From Patescibacteria group bacterium (GTDB taxonomy: Bacteria > Patescibacteriota > CPR2 > UBA1875 > JAJYID01), in assembly GCA_038061315.1 (NCBI GenBank), contig JBBTZO010000044.1, positions 1-24,924 on the forward strand: a DNA stretch of 24,924 nucleotides, in the 5' to 3' direction. Position 1 is the stretch's first letter. Every line of letters begins with the position of its first letter. The notes beneath the pieces were generated by a model. That model saw only the letters and a list, made by a program, of their open reading frames with translations. It had not been told where the DNA came from and made no database searches. Of the stretch, positions 14,184 to 23,758 are shown in pieces. The position numbers and the translations under genes are program-made.

Positions 14184-16937
14184 ATGATTTTTAAAAAAAT
14201 CTTCGGTAATCCGAATGAAAAAGAAATAAAGAAATTACGTCCAATCGTGGATAAAGTAAACTCGCTTGAAGAAAGTGTAGCCAAGTTAAGCGACGCCAAA
14301 ATAAAAACAAGGATTCAAGAAATTCGAGAAAAAATACAGAAAGATATAAAGATAGATTCCCGCCTGCACGGGAATGACAATGGTGGTGTAGACAAAAAAA
14401 CTGCAAATAAAAAGATTAATGAAATTCTTGAGCCTTATTTGGTAGAAGTATTCGCACTTGTAAGAGAAGTTTCAAAAAGAAAGTTAAAAATGCGCCACTT
14501 TGATGTACAGCTCATTGGCGGATATGTTCTCCACTCCGGTAAGATTTCTGAGATGAAAACCGGTGAAGGAAAGACTTTGGTTGCAACATTAGCAGCTACA
14601 CTAAATGCCTTAACTGGACTAGGGGTTCATGTTGTTACTGTAAACGACTATCTCTCAAAACGTGACGCAGGATGGATGGGTACTATCTATAATGGTCTCG
14701 GACTTAGCGTTGGTGTTATTATCCATGATGAAGCCTTTATTTATGACGAAAAGTTTGAAGACGAGAATGCTTTAGACGAAAAAACCAAGCACATGAAACC
14801 CATCACAAGAAAAGAAGCATACGCGTGCGATATCACCTATGGAACAAATAACGAGTTTGGTTTTGACTACCTAAGAGATAATATGGTCCAGTCCTTAGGA
14901 CAAATGGTTCAACGACCGCTAAACTTTGCCATCGTTGACGAGGTTGATTCTATTTTGATAGATGAGGCAAGGACTCCTTTGATAATATCCGCTCCGGCAG
15001 AAGAGTCTACGGGTAAATACTATCAGTTTGCAGAGATTGCAGAAAAACTAAAAAAAGACAAACACTATGTTATAGATGAAAAACAAAAAGCCGTCACACT
15101 AACTGATGACGGTATTGCTGAGATGGAGAGGGTCCTCGGTATGCAAAACGTTTACGAAGAGGGCGGTATCGAAACGGTCCATCATATAGAACAGTCACTA
15201 AAGGCCGTGGCGCTCTTCAAAAAGGATAAAGACTATGTAGTTAAAGAAGGAGAAGTGATAATCGTTGACGAGTTTACCGGGCGTCTAATGCTTGGGAGAA
15301 GATACTCTGAGGGTCTTCATCAGGCTATTGAAGCTAAAGAAGGCGTAGAAATAAAAAGAGAGTCCCTAACCCTTGCTACTATTTCCTTCCAAAACTATTT
15401 TAGACTCTATACAAAACTTTGCGGTATGACTGGTACGGCGGAGACAGAAGCAGAAGAGTTTCATAAGATTTACAGTCTTTCTGTGATGATAATTCCAACC
15501 AATATGCCAAATGTGAGAAACGATCTAAATGATGTTATCTACAAGAACGAATTAGCGAAGTTTAGGGCCATTGTAGAAGATGTGAAAAAAAGAAATGAAA
15601 AGGGTCAGCCTGTTCTCATTGGCACTGTTTCTATTGAAAGAAATGAACTTCTTTCAAATATGTTGAAAAGGGGCGGTGTAAAACACAACGTACTAAACGC
15701 AAAGTTTCATGAAAAAGAAGCTTTAATAATATCTCAGGCAGGACAAAAGAGCGCCGTCACAGTCGCAACCAACATGGCCGGTCGTGGTACTGATATAGTT
15801 CTTGGTGAAGGCGTCACAAAACTTGGCGGGCTTCACGTCATAGGCAGTGAAAGACATGAAGCAAGACGCATAGATAACCAGCTACGTGGACGTTGTGGAC
15901 GTCAAGGCGACCCAGGGTCAACGCAGTTCTATGTATCCTTAGAGGACGACCTGATGAGAATATTTGGTTCTGATAGGATCGGTACTGTCATGCAAAAACT
16001 AGGATTGCCGGATGACCAGCCTATCCAGCACGGCATGATTTCAAAGTCACTAGAGTCGGCTCAAAGGAAAGTAGAGGGTAACAACTTTGACGTCAGAAAA
16101 CACCTTGTTGAGTATGATGATGTGATGAACAAACAGCGCGAATATGTTTATGGAAAAAGAAGAATGATACTTGGAGATAGTAATGTTAAAGACGAAATAC
16201 TGGAGTACTTAAGCGAGTCAGCAGAGTTTCTAGTTAATGAAAATGTGAACGCTCAAACAGAAGACTTTGACTATGAAAACTTTATAAAGAACTTTGATGC
16301 CATAGTTCCAACGGACAACCAGTTTAAAAATCAAATCAAAAAAGAAGACCCAAGAGAGCTTACAAAAACTGCTGATAAATTTCTTGCTAGTACTTATGAA
16401 GCGAAAGAGAAAGAGTTCACTCCTAAGATTATGCGGGAGATTGAAAGATCTATTTACCTGCACATTATTGACACACTCTGGATAGATCATCTTGATGCTA
16501 TAGATAACTTGCGTGAAGGCATAGGACTTCGCGCTTATGGACAAACCGAACCACTAGTGGAGTATAAAAAAGAATCATATAAGATGTTTCAGCAGTTTTT
16601 GGGTGGCATACGCTCAGAGATAGTAAATATGATATTTAAAGTCAGAATTCAGCCAAATATTGCGGAGGCTCCAATGCCAGAAGGAGACGAAGTCCCGACC
16701 GCAAGCGTCGAGAAACAAGAGTCCAGACTAACAAAGGCGGCGGAAAAAGCAAAAGAGATTAGTCCTACAGAGTCTCCGAAGCCCCGAGACTTTGGGGATA
16801 ATGCATCCATAATGAGGCAAGAGTCAAAAAACCAATCGAAAAAGAATAAAACCGTTCTAAAAAAGAATAAAGTTGGCCGAAACGACCCCTGTCCATGCGG
16901 CTCCGGCAAAAAATATAAAAAATGCTGTGGGAAGTAA
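14184..16937 (+). CDS. secA: preprotein translocase subunit SecA
   Basis: MKTGEGKT, DEVDSILIDEARTPL, NQLRGRCGRQGDPG, C-terminal SEC-C motif GRNDPCPCGSGKKYKKCC. Confidence 0.98.
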   Translation: MIFKKIFGNPNEKEIKKLRPIVDKVNSLEESVAKLSDAKIKTRIQEIREKIQKDIKIDSRLHGNDNGGVDKKTANKKINEILEPYLVEVFALVREVSKRKLKMRHFDVQLIGGYVLHSGKISEMKTGEGKTLVATLAATLNALTGLGVHVVTVNDYLSKRDAGWMGTIYNGLGLSVGVIIHDEAFIYDEKFEDENALDEKTKHMKPITRKEAYACDITYGTNNEFGFDYLRDNMVQSLGQMVQRPLNFAIVDEVDSILIDEARTPLIISAPAEESTGKYYQFAEIAEKLKKDKHYVIDEKQKAVTLTDDGIAEMERVLGMQNVYEEGGIETVHHIEQSLKAVALFKKDKDYVVKEGEVIIVDEFTGRLMLGRRYSEGLHQAIEAKEGVEIKRESLTLATISFQNYFRLYTKLCGMTGTAETEAEEFHKIYSLSVMIIPTNMPNVRNDLNDVIYKNELAKFRAIVEDVKKRNEKGQPVLIGTVSIERNELLSNMLKRGGVKHNVLNAKFHEKEALIISQAGQKSAVTVATNMAGRGTDIVLGEGVTKLGGLHVIGSERHEARRIDNQLRGRCGRQGDPGSTQFYVSLEDDLMRIFGSDRIGTVMQKLGLPDDQPIQHGMISKSLESAQRKVEGNNFDVRKHLVEYDDVMNKQREYVYGKRRMILGDSNVKDEILEYLSESAEFLVNENVNAQTEDFDYENFIKNFDAIVPTDNQFKNQIKKEDPRELTKTADKFLASTYEAKEKEFTPKIMREIERSIYLHIIDTLWIDHLDAIDNLREGIGLRAYGQTEPLVEYKKESYKMFQQFLGGIRSEIVNMIFKVRIQPNIAEAPMPEGDEVPTASVEKQESRLTKAAEKAKEISPTESPKPRDFGDNASIMRQESKNQSKKNKTVLKKNKVGRNDPCPCGSGKKYKKCCGK
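14354..14379. repeat. half of a GTCATTC-type palindromic element inside the secA coding sequence
   Basis: AGATTCCCGCCTGCACGGGAATGACA, 22/26 identical to intergenic 7572-7597; translated as DSRLHGND. Confidence 0.85.
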
Positions 16938-16976
16938 GGAGAGGTATACCACAAATCAGTAAAGACTTAATATTTA

Positions 16977-16985
16977 TGCTATAAT
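16977..16985 (+). promoter_or_regulatory. extended -10 promoter of the ATPase operon
   Basis: TG-C-TATAAT, 35 nt upstream of the ATG. Confidence 0.45.
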
Positions 16986-17020
16986 ATTTTAGTATATTTT
17001 TTAGAGAGTTTTTATAAAAA

Positions 17021-19072
17021 ATGAAACAGACTTTTGAACTATTAATACTTAAGGATCAACTTAATCCTGAAGACTGGACAAGTCTTTATAGGGCGCTCTT
17101 GTCTCACCTGAGAGCATTGAGCAAGTTTGAGATAATATTCCAATGTAACGACAATGTGGTGCGTTTCTTTATACGTTGCGATAAAGACCTAAGCTCCTTA
17201 TCTAACAATATAGAAGGTTTTTTAATACGCCCATTTAACGACCATGGCGAGTTAAAAATTCCCAATGTTACAAAAAAAGAAAGATTTATACAGTACGTGT
17301 CTGGCGGAAACATCCTCGACCTGAAAGAGAAAACAGCTATAAAAAAGTCTAAAAATCTTGAGTGTGCTGTTTTTAAAGTTAGAGCAATTAATATAGAAAA
17401 AGCGGCGGTACGGGGTAACTTATTTTTTAAGGGCGCAGGCGGGGAGTGGTATAAGGCTAATAAAATATCTGCATTTTTCCCATCTAACTTGTTTGCTATA
17501 AACTTCGCGGTAAATACTCGTTATCTCAAAAAGGCAGTACCAAAATACCTAGATATAGAAAAGTCACTCAATATCCTTTCCAGCGATAAAGCTGATGCCA
17601 TTTTTGAGGTAGATACGTTCCCTTATTTTTCTCACAACTACTTTTTAAACCTTACAAACTACGAGTTTGATCAACACTCCTTCATTATTGGCGCGAGTGG
17701 TAGCGGTAAGTCAAAGTTTATAAGTCTTTTTGTAGACCGCATCCATAGGACAGCCTTAAAAATGAACTATCGTATAGTAGTTATAGATCCACATGCTTCA
17801 ATAGCCGAGGACTTCCTTTATATTCCCGACTCAAAAGTAGTCAACTTCAACAACGAGAGCACGGAGCTTTTTGAAGGGGCATCGAATGACATATCTGCAG
17901 CTAATGAGCTGACCACAACATTGTTCAAGTCTCTGATGGGTGATCAGTTTAACTCAAAGGTTGATAGAGTTTTGAGGTTTTCTCTTTTTGTGCTATTTAC
18001 TGCACAAAATATGTCCCTGGATAACCTTAAGCGGTTTATAACCGATATTGAACTGAGAAATCAAATTCTTGAACATGTTTCCGCTTATGTACCTGCAAAT
18101 ATCGTTCAGTTTTTCGGATCTGACTTTAATGAACTGCGAACGCAATACTACAATGAAGCCATCTCGCCTATAGTATCGCTTGTTGATGAAATGCAAATGC
18201 AGCCAGTTTTAGTCGGTGAGGGTGAGCTCTCTCTGGCAAAAACAATCCAGGATAACTTCCTGACTGTATTTTCGTTAAATAAAGTGAGTATGGGTGAAAA
18301 GGTAGTCAAAACGATCGCAGGACTGCTTATACAGCAGATATTCTTGCTCGCCCAGGCAAAGGCATTTGAACAGAAAGTTATTTTAGTTATAGACGAAGTT
18401 TCTATCGTTCAAAATCCTGCACTTGCCTCTATACTGGCAGAAGCCCGTAAGTTTAATCTATCAGTCATACTTACTCAGCAATACTTTGGTCAAATTGAAA
18501 AGGACTTAAGAGATGCTATTTTTGCGAATGTTTACAACTACTATACATTTAAAGTCTCAGAAGAGGATGCAAGGAGTCTCGAAGGAAATCTAAATATAGA
18601 GTTACCAAAAGAAATAATAGAAAGGGAGAAAGAGAAAGGGCTAAACGAACAGAGCATACGCATAAAAATAATGACAGAACTACATCCCAGAGAATGCCTT
18701 GTTAGGGTGCTTGCAAAAGGCCAAGTTTTACCTGCCGTCAAGGCACGTACCGTAGATGCGCCAAGTGCGGTTACTACGAATATTGACCCAGAAAAGCTCC
18801 GCTCTTATCAAAAAGAACAATCCGCACTCCCCGAAAAGTTTAAGGAAACCAAAGAAGATAAAAAGAAAAAGATAGGAGAACTAGTTGCGCAGAGCCATCA
18901 AATGGACGAGGCTTCGCTAAAAGAAGAAGTTGGAAAGGGAAATGGTCTAAACAGAAAAACCTTCAGTAATGCCTCCGAAGAAACACAAACCGGTCTATTT
19001 AACTTGAGTGATTTACTTGCTCAACATTCTTCAAGTCGTTTAAAGATTAAAAAGAAAAGAAAGGAAAAATAA
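17021..19072 (+). CDS. VirD4/TraG/HerA-like P-loop ATPase (DUF87-type)
   Basis: Walker A GASGSGKS, IVVIDPH, Walker B LVIDE, AEARKFNLSVILTQQ; no obvious TM helix. Confidence 0.85.
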   Translation: MKQTFELLILKDQLNPEDWTSLYRALLSHLRALSKFEIIFQCNDNVVRFFIRCDKDLSSLSNNIEGFLIRPFNDHGELKIPNVTKKERFIQYVSGGNILDLKEKTAIKKSKNLECAVFKVRAINIEKAAVRGNLFFKGAGGEWYKANKISAFFPSNLFAINFAVNTRYLKKAVPKYLDIEKSLNILSSDKADAIFEVDTFPYFSHNYFLNLTNYEFDQHSFIIGASGSGKSKFISLFVDRIHRTALKMNYRIVVIDPHASIAEDFLYIPDSKVVNFNNESTELFEGASNDISAANELTTTLFKSLMGDQFNSKVDRVLRFSLFVLFTAQNMSLDNLKRFITDIELRNQILEHVSAYVPANIVQFFGSDFNELRTQYYNEAISPIVSLVDEMQMQPVLVGEGELSLAKTIQDNFLTVFSLNKVSMGEKVVKTIAGLLIQQIFLLAQAKAFEQKVILVIDEVSIVQNPALASILAEARKFNLSVILTQQYFGQIEKDLRDAIFANVYNYYTFKVSEEDARSLEGNLNIELPKEIIEREKEKGLNEQSIRIKIMTELHPRECLVRVLAKGQVLPAVKARTVDAPSAVTTNIDPEKLRSYQKEQSALPEKFKETKEDKKKKIGELVAQSHQMDEASLKEEVGKGNGLNRKTFSNASEETQTGLFNLSDLLAQHSSSRLKIKKKRKEK

Positions 19073-19764
19073 TGGACGCAAAAGAAGCAAAAATAATTTT
19101 AGATAAAGTCGTAGGTCAAGTCTTTGGATATGAAAACCCGTTCACACTAGATCAGTTTGTACAAAAATATGCCTTTGACATTCGCCTTCCCCAAGCAGTC
19201 ACTGACTCTACTACGGGAGAAGAAACTTGGACACAAACTGTTAATCCAACTAAATTTATTTCTATGGAAAATGCATATAAGAGAGAAGATTGGGACAATA
19301 GGCCGAAAAAACCAATCAACAGCATGCAGGATATTTTAGATGCTTGGAATGAAATAAACTATACCGCCACTAGCAAACAACTAGACTCAATCAATATTGC
19401 CCAGTCTGATAGTGTTATGAAAGGTGAAAATGTATTTCGGTCTAACGACTGTGGAAATTCAAAAAACTTACTGTTTTGTGATGGCATATATAAGTCAGAG
19501 TTTATTGCTGCCGGTCAGCGGGCAATAACATCGAATTTTTGTATTCGCATAGAAGACAGTAGTGAGGTATCAAACAGCTTTTCGATTAGTTGGTCAAAAA
19601 AGATTGTAAACGGCCTATTTCTACACAACTGTTATGATATGTATGAATGCATGTTTTGTTCTCACATTGAAGGCAAAAAGTTTTGCATAGCCAATATGCA
19701 GTTTGAAGAAGAAGAATATATGAAGATTAAGGATATGGTAATTCGCTGGGCACTAACGGAGTAA
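19072..19764 (+). CDS. hypothetical protein with a Cys/Ser/Asn-rich repetitive (beta-solenoid-like) C-terminal half
   Basis: TAATG overlap with the ATPase; C-terminal CMFCSHIEGKKFCIANMQFEEEEY resembles a tail I associate with CPR hypothetical proteins (from memory, not searched). Confidence 0.8.
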   Translation: MDAKEAKIILDKVVGQVFGYENPFTLDQFVQKYAFDIRLPQAVTDSTTGEETWTQTVNPTKFISMENAYKREDWDNRPKKPINSMQDILDAWNEINYTATSKQLDSINIAQSDSVMKGENVFRSNDCGNSKNLLFCDGIYKSEFIAAGQRAITSNFCIRIEDSSEVSNSFSISWSKKIVNGLFLHNCYDMYECMFCSHIEGKKFCIANMQFEEEEYMKIKDMVIRWALTE

Positions 19765-19792
19765 CTATTGAGTTTATTTTTTCTACACACTC

Positions 19793-19821
19793 TTCAAATC
19801 TTAATAAATTTATGTTATATT
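19793..19821 (+). promoter_or_regulatory. promoter of the micro-protein operon
   Basis: TTCAAA, 17 nt, TATATT with extended -10 TG at 19813-19814. Confidence 0.5.
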
Positions 19822-19878
19822 ACGCTTACGTTTTAGCTATTGATAAAACACCACTTATCCAATCGTAAGGGAGGACGA

Positions 19879-19986
19879 TTGGGTTGTACTTTAAAATATC
19901 ATGACAGACATATTTCTTTTTTTATTACCGTGATTGTGACTGTACTCACTATCATAATCTATATCCTTAAGACAAACAGAGAATAG
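19879..19986 (+). CDS. 35-aa single-pass membrane micro-protein A (TTG start)
   Basis: GGGAGG 4 nt before TTG; hydrophobic run FFITVIVTVLTIIIYIL then KTNRE; start codon uncertain. Confidence 0.45.
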   Translation: MGCTLKYHDRHISFFITVIVTVLTIIIYILKTNRE

Positions 19987-19994
19987 GGAGGTTC

Positions 19995-20138
19995 GTGGAT
20001 GTGTTATTTTTTGCGATAACCTTATTGGCGCTTTTTGCACTTCTTGTACTGATTTCGTGGATGGAGGGCCAAAATATTATAGGTCCTGACAACAACTTCA
20101 ATAACGGTAAAAAACTCAAAAAGACCAGGAAGGGGTAG
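19995..20138 (+). CDS. 47-aa single-pass membrane micro-protein B with a basic tail (GTG start at 19995 or 20001)
   Basis: GGGAGGT overlapping the stop of A; VLFFAITLLALFALLVLISW then ...GKKLKKTRKG. Confidence 0.6.
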   Translation: MDVLFFAITLLALFALLVLISWMEGQNIIGPDNNFNNGKKLKKTRKG

Positions 20139-20142
20139 AAAC

Positions 20143-20316
20143 ATGATTAAGGTAGTCGCTTGGGTGTCTGTGGTGGTCCTGTCCATTTGGATATGCAAAG
20201 ATGAAATCGTTGAAATAGTAGATGATTTCATCGAGATAGGAGAAGAAGAACCGGGAGAACCAGAGAATCACCGTTATCTTAACTATTCTTGTGGCTTTAC
20301 GGTTACGAGTGGTTAA
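20143..20316 (+). CDS. 57-aa membrane-anchored micro-protein C with an acidic tail
   Basis: Purine-rich SD region; ATG 4 nt after the stop of B; MIKVVAWVSVVVLSIWIC then DEIVEIVDDFIEIGEEEPGEPE. Confidence 0.6.
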   Translation: MIKVVAWVSVVVLSIWICKDEIVEIVDDFIEIGEEEPGEPENHRYLNYSCGFTVTSG

Positions 20317-20337
20317 AAAATAACAAAAAATTTATTT

Positions 20338-20397
20338 GGGGGTTCCTAGAACTTAGTAGGAACTCCCATCCGCGGACCAAGAGTGTCCGCTTTTTTT
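20338..20397 (+). terminator. 3' hairpin plus intrinsic terminator closing the micro-protein operon
   Basis: 11-bp stem 20338-48/20357-67, then GCGGAC-N7-GTCCGC-T7 (20372-20397). Confidence 0.8.
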
Positions 20398-20424
20398 AAT
20401 TGAAACATATTAAAGAAAAAACTA

Positions 20425-20452
20425 TTGCAATATTCTAAACATTGAATATAAT
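20425..20452 (+). promoter_or_regulatory. copper-operon promoter with a candidate ArsR operator
   Basis: TTGCAA, 16 nt, TATAAT, ATG 6 nt later; inverted repeat ATATTC-N8-GAATAT (20430-20449) across the spacer. Confidence 0.6.
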
Positions 20453-20458
20453 AAATAT

Positions 20459-21100
20459 ATGAGTATTACTATTTTTGATTTACATGCAGATATTTTTAAG
20501 GTTCTAGCCAATCCGAAAAGGTTAGAGATTATTCATTTGATTCGCGACCGCGAGCTTACCGTCGGAGAGCTCGAGGAAATGCTGGATATGCGTCAAGCAA
20601 ATCTTTCACAACATCTGATGATACTACGAGAAAATAACCTGGTTCAGACGAGGCGTGAAGGTACCTATATTTACTATTCATTGACCGATTCTAAAATCTT
20701 GAAAGCCAGTGACCTGGTAAGAGAAGTTCTGCAAAACAAATTCAAAGGAGCAAAACACATTACCGGTTTAGTTGATAATGACATGAAGCTGGAAGATTAC
20801 CTGAAAGAATATAAGGATCCGGTTTGTGGTATGATGGTAAGCGCAAAAACTGCAGCCGATAATACAAAACTAGGAACTAAGGACTATTTTTTTTGTGCGC
20901 GAGGGTGTAAAGAAAAGTTTGTAAGAGAACCAAAGAAATACCTTACCACTTCTGTCATCCCGAGCAAACCCGAGAAATCCCTTAAAAAACCAAAGGAAAG
21001 GGATTTCTCCACTCGCCATTCCATAAAGTCGGTCCACCTCGGCCGAGCCTCAACGAGACGGGTCGAAATAACAAAACAAGAGGAGGCAAATTTTGGATAA
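20459..21100 (+). CDS. ArsR/SmtB-family regulator fused to a YHS domain, with a repeat-derived tail
   Basis: FKVLANPKRLEII...LSQHLMILRENNLV..RREG..IYYSL; YHS motif KDPVCGM...YFFCARGCKEKF..EPKKYL. Confidence 0.88.
   Translation: MSITIFDLHADIFKVLANPKRLEIIHLIRDRELTVGELEEMLDMRQANLSQHLMILRENNLVQTRREGTYIYYSLTDSKILKASDLVREVLQNKFKGAKHITGLVDNDMKLEDYLKEYKDPVCGMMVSAKTAADNTKLGTKDYFFCARGCKEKFVREPKKYLTTSVIPSKPEKSLKKPKERDFSTRHSIKSVHLGRASTRRVEITKQEEANFG
20953..21073. repeat. GTCAT-type palindromic element inside the ArsR-YHS coding sequence
   Basis: Termini TGTCATCCCGA/TCGAAATAACA; perfect internal IR GAGAAATCCCT (20972-82)/AGGGATTTCTC (20999-21009). Confidence 0.75.
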
Positions 21101-21449
21101 AATTATCGTAGCAATATTAGGTGGTGGAGGAATCGCGTTTGTTCTGTGGTTTTTCTTAGGTAAAAAAAGTAAGGAGGTAAAAGTGGATGATAGAGTTGAA
21201 ATAATAGTGGAGGGTGGTTATTCCCCCGAAAAAATTGTTGTAAAAAAAGATCAGAAAACAACTTTGGTTTTCAATAGAAAAGATCCAAGTGATTGTCTGG
21301 CAGAAGTAGTGATACCTGAGTTTAAGATTAGGAAGTCTCTACCATTAGGTAAAAATACAGAGATTGAAATAGTACCAAAAAAAACGGGTGAGTTCGGTTT
21401 TGAGTGTGGCATGGGGATGTTTAAGGGAAAAATAGTGGTTAAGGAGTAG
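21093..21449 (+). CDS. membrane-anchored cupredoxin, CupA-like copper chaperone
   Basis: N-terminal [13 protein letters not shown] and CGMGM ligand motifs; GGAGG SD with TTG start. Confidence 0.88.
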   Translation: MDKIIVAILGGGGIAFVLWFFLGKKSKEVKVDDRVEIIVEGGYSPEKIVVKKDQKTTLVFNRKDPSDCLAEVVIPEFKIRKSLPLGKNTEIEIVPKKTGEFGFECGMGMFKGKIVVKE

Positions 21450-21450
21450 T

Positions 21451-23685
21451 ATGGCGGAGAAAAAGAAAACAACTCTCAAAATAAAAGGAATGCACTGCGC
21501 AAGCTGTGCCATGACTCTTGAGAATGCATTGAGTAAGCTCTCGGACACCGATGCGATAGTTAACTATGCCAGTGAAAAAGCGACCGTAGAACACCCAGAG
21601 AATATAACGGAAGAAAAGATAATAGAAACCATCCGAGACTCCGGATATGATGTTTACCAAGAAGAGGGAAGACCAAGAGAAGATGAAGAAACCGCAGAAG
21701 ACATTGAAAAAGAAAATGATTTAAGAAAGCTCAAAAATAAAGTCGTTATCGGCGGGATACTTTCAACCATTATCGTAATACTAGGAAATATGGGTTTTGT
21801 AGCCGGAATCCCAGAGATTCAGATGAAAACTTTGAATATCATAATGCTAATACTTACCATTCCGGTCCAGTTCTGGGTAGGCAGTGCCTTCATTTCCGGA
21901 TTTCTAAAGGGCCTAAAACACCGAAATGCAAATATGGATACCCTTATCGCTATAGGAACCCTCACGGCATTTATATTTAGTACGTTTGTTGTATTTGCTG
22001 GAGAACTTGGGATTATGTTACCGGAAGCAGGAACATACTTTGACGTTTCGGCGGTTGTTATTACCTTAGTCCTCCTTGGTAAATACTTTGAGGCACGAGC
22101 TAAGGGTAAGGCTGGTTCGGCTATTAAAAAACTAGCTGGACTAAACCCTAAAACAGCGAGAGTAATCCGAAATGGTAAGGAAACAGATATCCTAATAGAT
22201 GAAGTAGCTGTAGGTTATGAGATAATTGTCCGTCCGGGAGAAAAGATACCTGTAGACGGCGTCATACTATCCGGAGAGTCTTCTATAGATGAGTCAATGG
22301 TTACGGGAGAATCAATCCCAACCGATAAGTCTGTCGGCGCTCAGGTATCCGGCGCAACCATCAATAAGTCTGGTTCATTTACATTTCGAGCAGAAAGGGT
22401 GGGTAAAGATACACTACTTGCTCAGATTATTAAACTAGTTGAGGAAGCCCAGGGATCAAAAGCGCCAATCCAACACTTAGCCGACGTCATTTCAGGTTAT
22501 TTTGTACCAAGTGTGCTCACGATAGCAATCGGCACGTTTGTGGTCTGGTATATTTTTGGTGGACTTTCCCTGGCACTCATAAATATGGTTGCAGTGCTTA
22601 TCATCGCATGTCCGTGTGCCCTAGGGCTAGCTACCCCAACTGCCATAATGGTTGGTACGGGAAAGGGTGCTGAAAATGGCATTTTAATCAAAGATGCAGA
22701 AAGTCTAGAGAGGTTTCAGAAGGTTAACGCTATACTTTTAGACAAGACAGGCACTATTACAAAAGGAGAGCCTGAGGTTGTAGATATGCACAATATCTCA
22801 GATTTATCAGAAAATGAATTTGTGCGCTTATCTGCCTCTGCTGAAAGCAGAAGTGAACACCCACTCGGAGAGGCAGTCGTCAGAGAAGCAAAAAAGAGAG
22901 GACTAGTACTATCAGAGGTTAAAAATTTCAAATCCTTGTCTGGGCAGGGAATAAAGGCGGAGATTGATAGTAAAGCCATAGTAAAGGGTAATGAAAAGTT
23001 AATGAAAAAAGAAAAGATTGATATTTCAAAACTAGAAGGTCAGGCAGCTCTCTATGCAAAGGAAGGAAAAACTCCTATCTATGTAGCCATTGATGGTAAA
23101 CTATCTGGCATTATAGCCATCGCTGATACCATCAAGTCCGACTCAAAGGCAGCTATAAAAAACTTCGAAGATTCACTTGTCGATGTCTATATGATAACGG
23201 GAGATAATAGTCTTACCGCTAAAGCTATTGCTGACAAAGCCGGGGTGAAGACGGGAAACGTTTTGTCCGGAGTCGCGCCAAAAGATAAAGAGAAAAAAGT
23301 AAAAGAGCTGCAAAAAAAAGAACTGTCTGTTGCAATGGTCGGTGATGGTATAAATGATGCACCGGCCTTAGCTACAGCCGACATTGGCATCGCTATGGGA
23401 ACGGGAACTGATATCGCTATGGAAACAGGACAAATAACTATAATGAACTGTTCCTTAGACTCTACATATAGCGCATGGAAACTGTCGCGAAACACTATGA
23501 GGATTATCAAAGAAAACCTTTTCTGGGCATTTGCGTATAACGTAATACTTATACCTGTAGCGGCTGGGGTACTCTATCCTTTTATTGGGGTTCTTCTAAA
23601 CCCCATGATAGCCTCCGCGGCAATGGCCGCTAGCTCAGTAACTGTGGTGTCAAATTCATTAAGATTAAGAAAGGTAAAAATATGA
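21451..23685 (+). CDS. copA: Cu(I)-exporting P1B-type ATPase
   Basis: GMHCASC metal-binding domain, TGES, CPC, DKTGT, HP, GDGIND, YN and MAASS motifs. Confidence 0.96.
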   Translation: MAEKKKTTLKIKGMHCASCAMTLENALSKLSDTDAIVNYASEKATVEHPENITEEKIIETIRDSGYDVYQEEGRPREDEETAEDIEKENDLRKLKNKVVIGGILSTIIVILGNMGFVAGIPEIQMKTLNIIMLILTIPVQFWVGSAFISGFLKGLKHRNANMDTLIAIGTLTAFIFSTFVVFAGELGIMLPEAGTYFDVSAVVITLVLLGKYFEARAKGKAGSAIKKLAGLNPKTARVIRNGKETDILIDEVAVGYEIIVRPGEKIPVDGVILSGESSIDESMVTGESIPTDKSVGAQVSGATINKSGSFTFRAERVGKDTLLAQIIKLVEEAQGSKAPIQHLADVISGYFVPSVLTIAIGTFVVWYIFGGLSLALINMVAVLIIACPCALGLATPTAIMVGTGKGAENGILIKDAESLERFQKVNAILLDKTGTITKGEPEVVDMHNISDLSENEFVRLSASAESRSEHPLGEAVVREAKKRGLVLSEVKNFKSLSGQGIKAEIDSKAIVKGNEKLMKKEKIDISKLEGQAALYAKEGKTPIYVAIDGKLSGIIAIADTIKSDSKAAIKNFEDSLVDVYMITGDNSLTAKAIADKAGVKTGNVLSGVAPKDKEKKVKELQKKELSVAMVGDGINDAPALATADIGIAMGTGTDIAMETGQITIMNCSLDSTYSAWKLSRNTMRIIKENLFWAFAYNVILIPVAAGVLYPFIGVLLNPMIASAAMAASSVTVVSNSLRLRKVKI

Positions 23686-23697
23686 AATACTCGTTAA

Positions 23698-23736
23698 GCA
23701 AGGACAGTCCTTGTGAGCTACAAGGACTGTCCTTGC
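23698..23736. repeat. REP-doublet-like palindrome
   Basis: GCAAGGACAGTCCTTGT-GAGCT-ACAAGGACTGTCCTTGC, a perfect 17-bp IR of self-palindromic units. Confidence 0.8.
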
Positions 23737-23758
23737 GGACAACAAAGGAGAACACATT

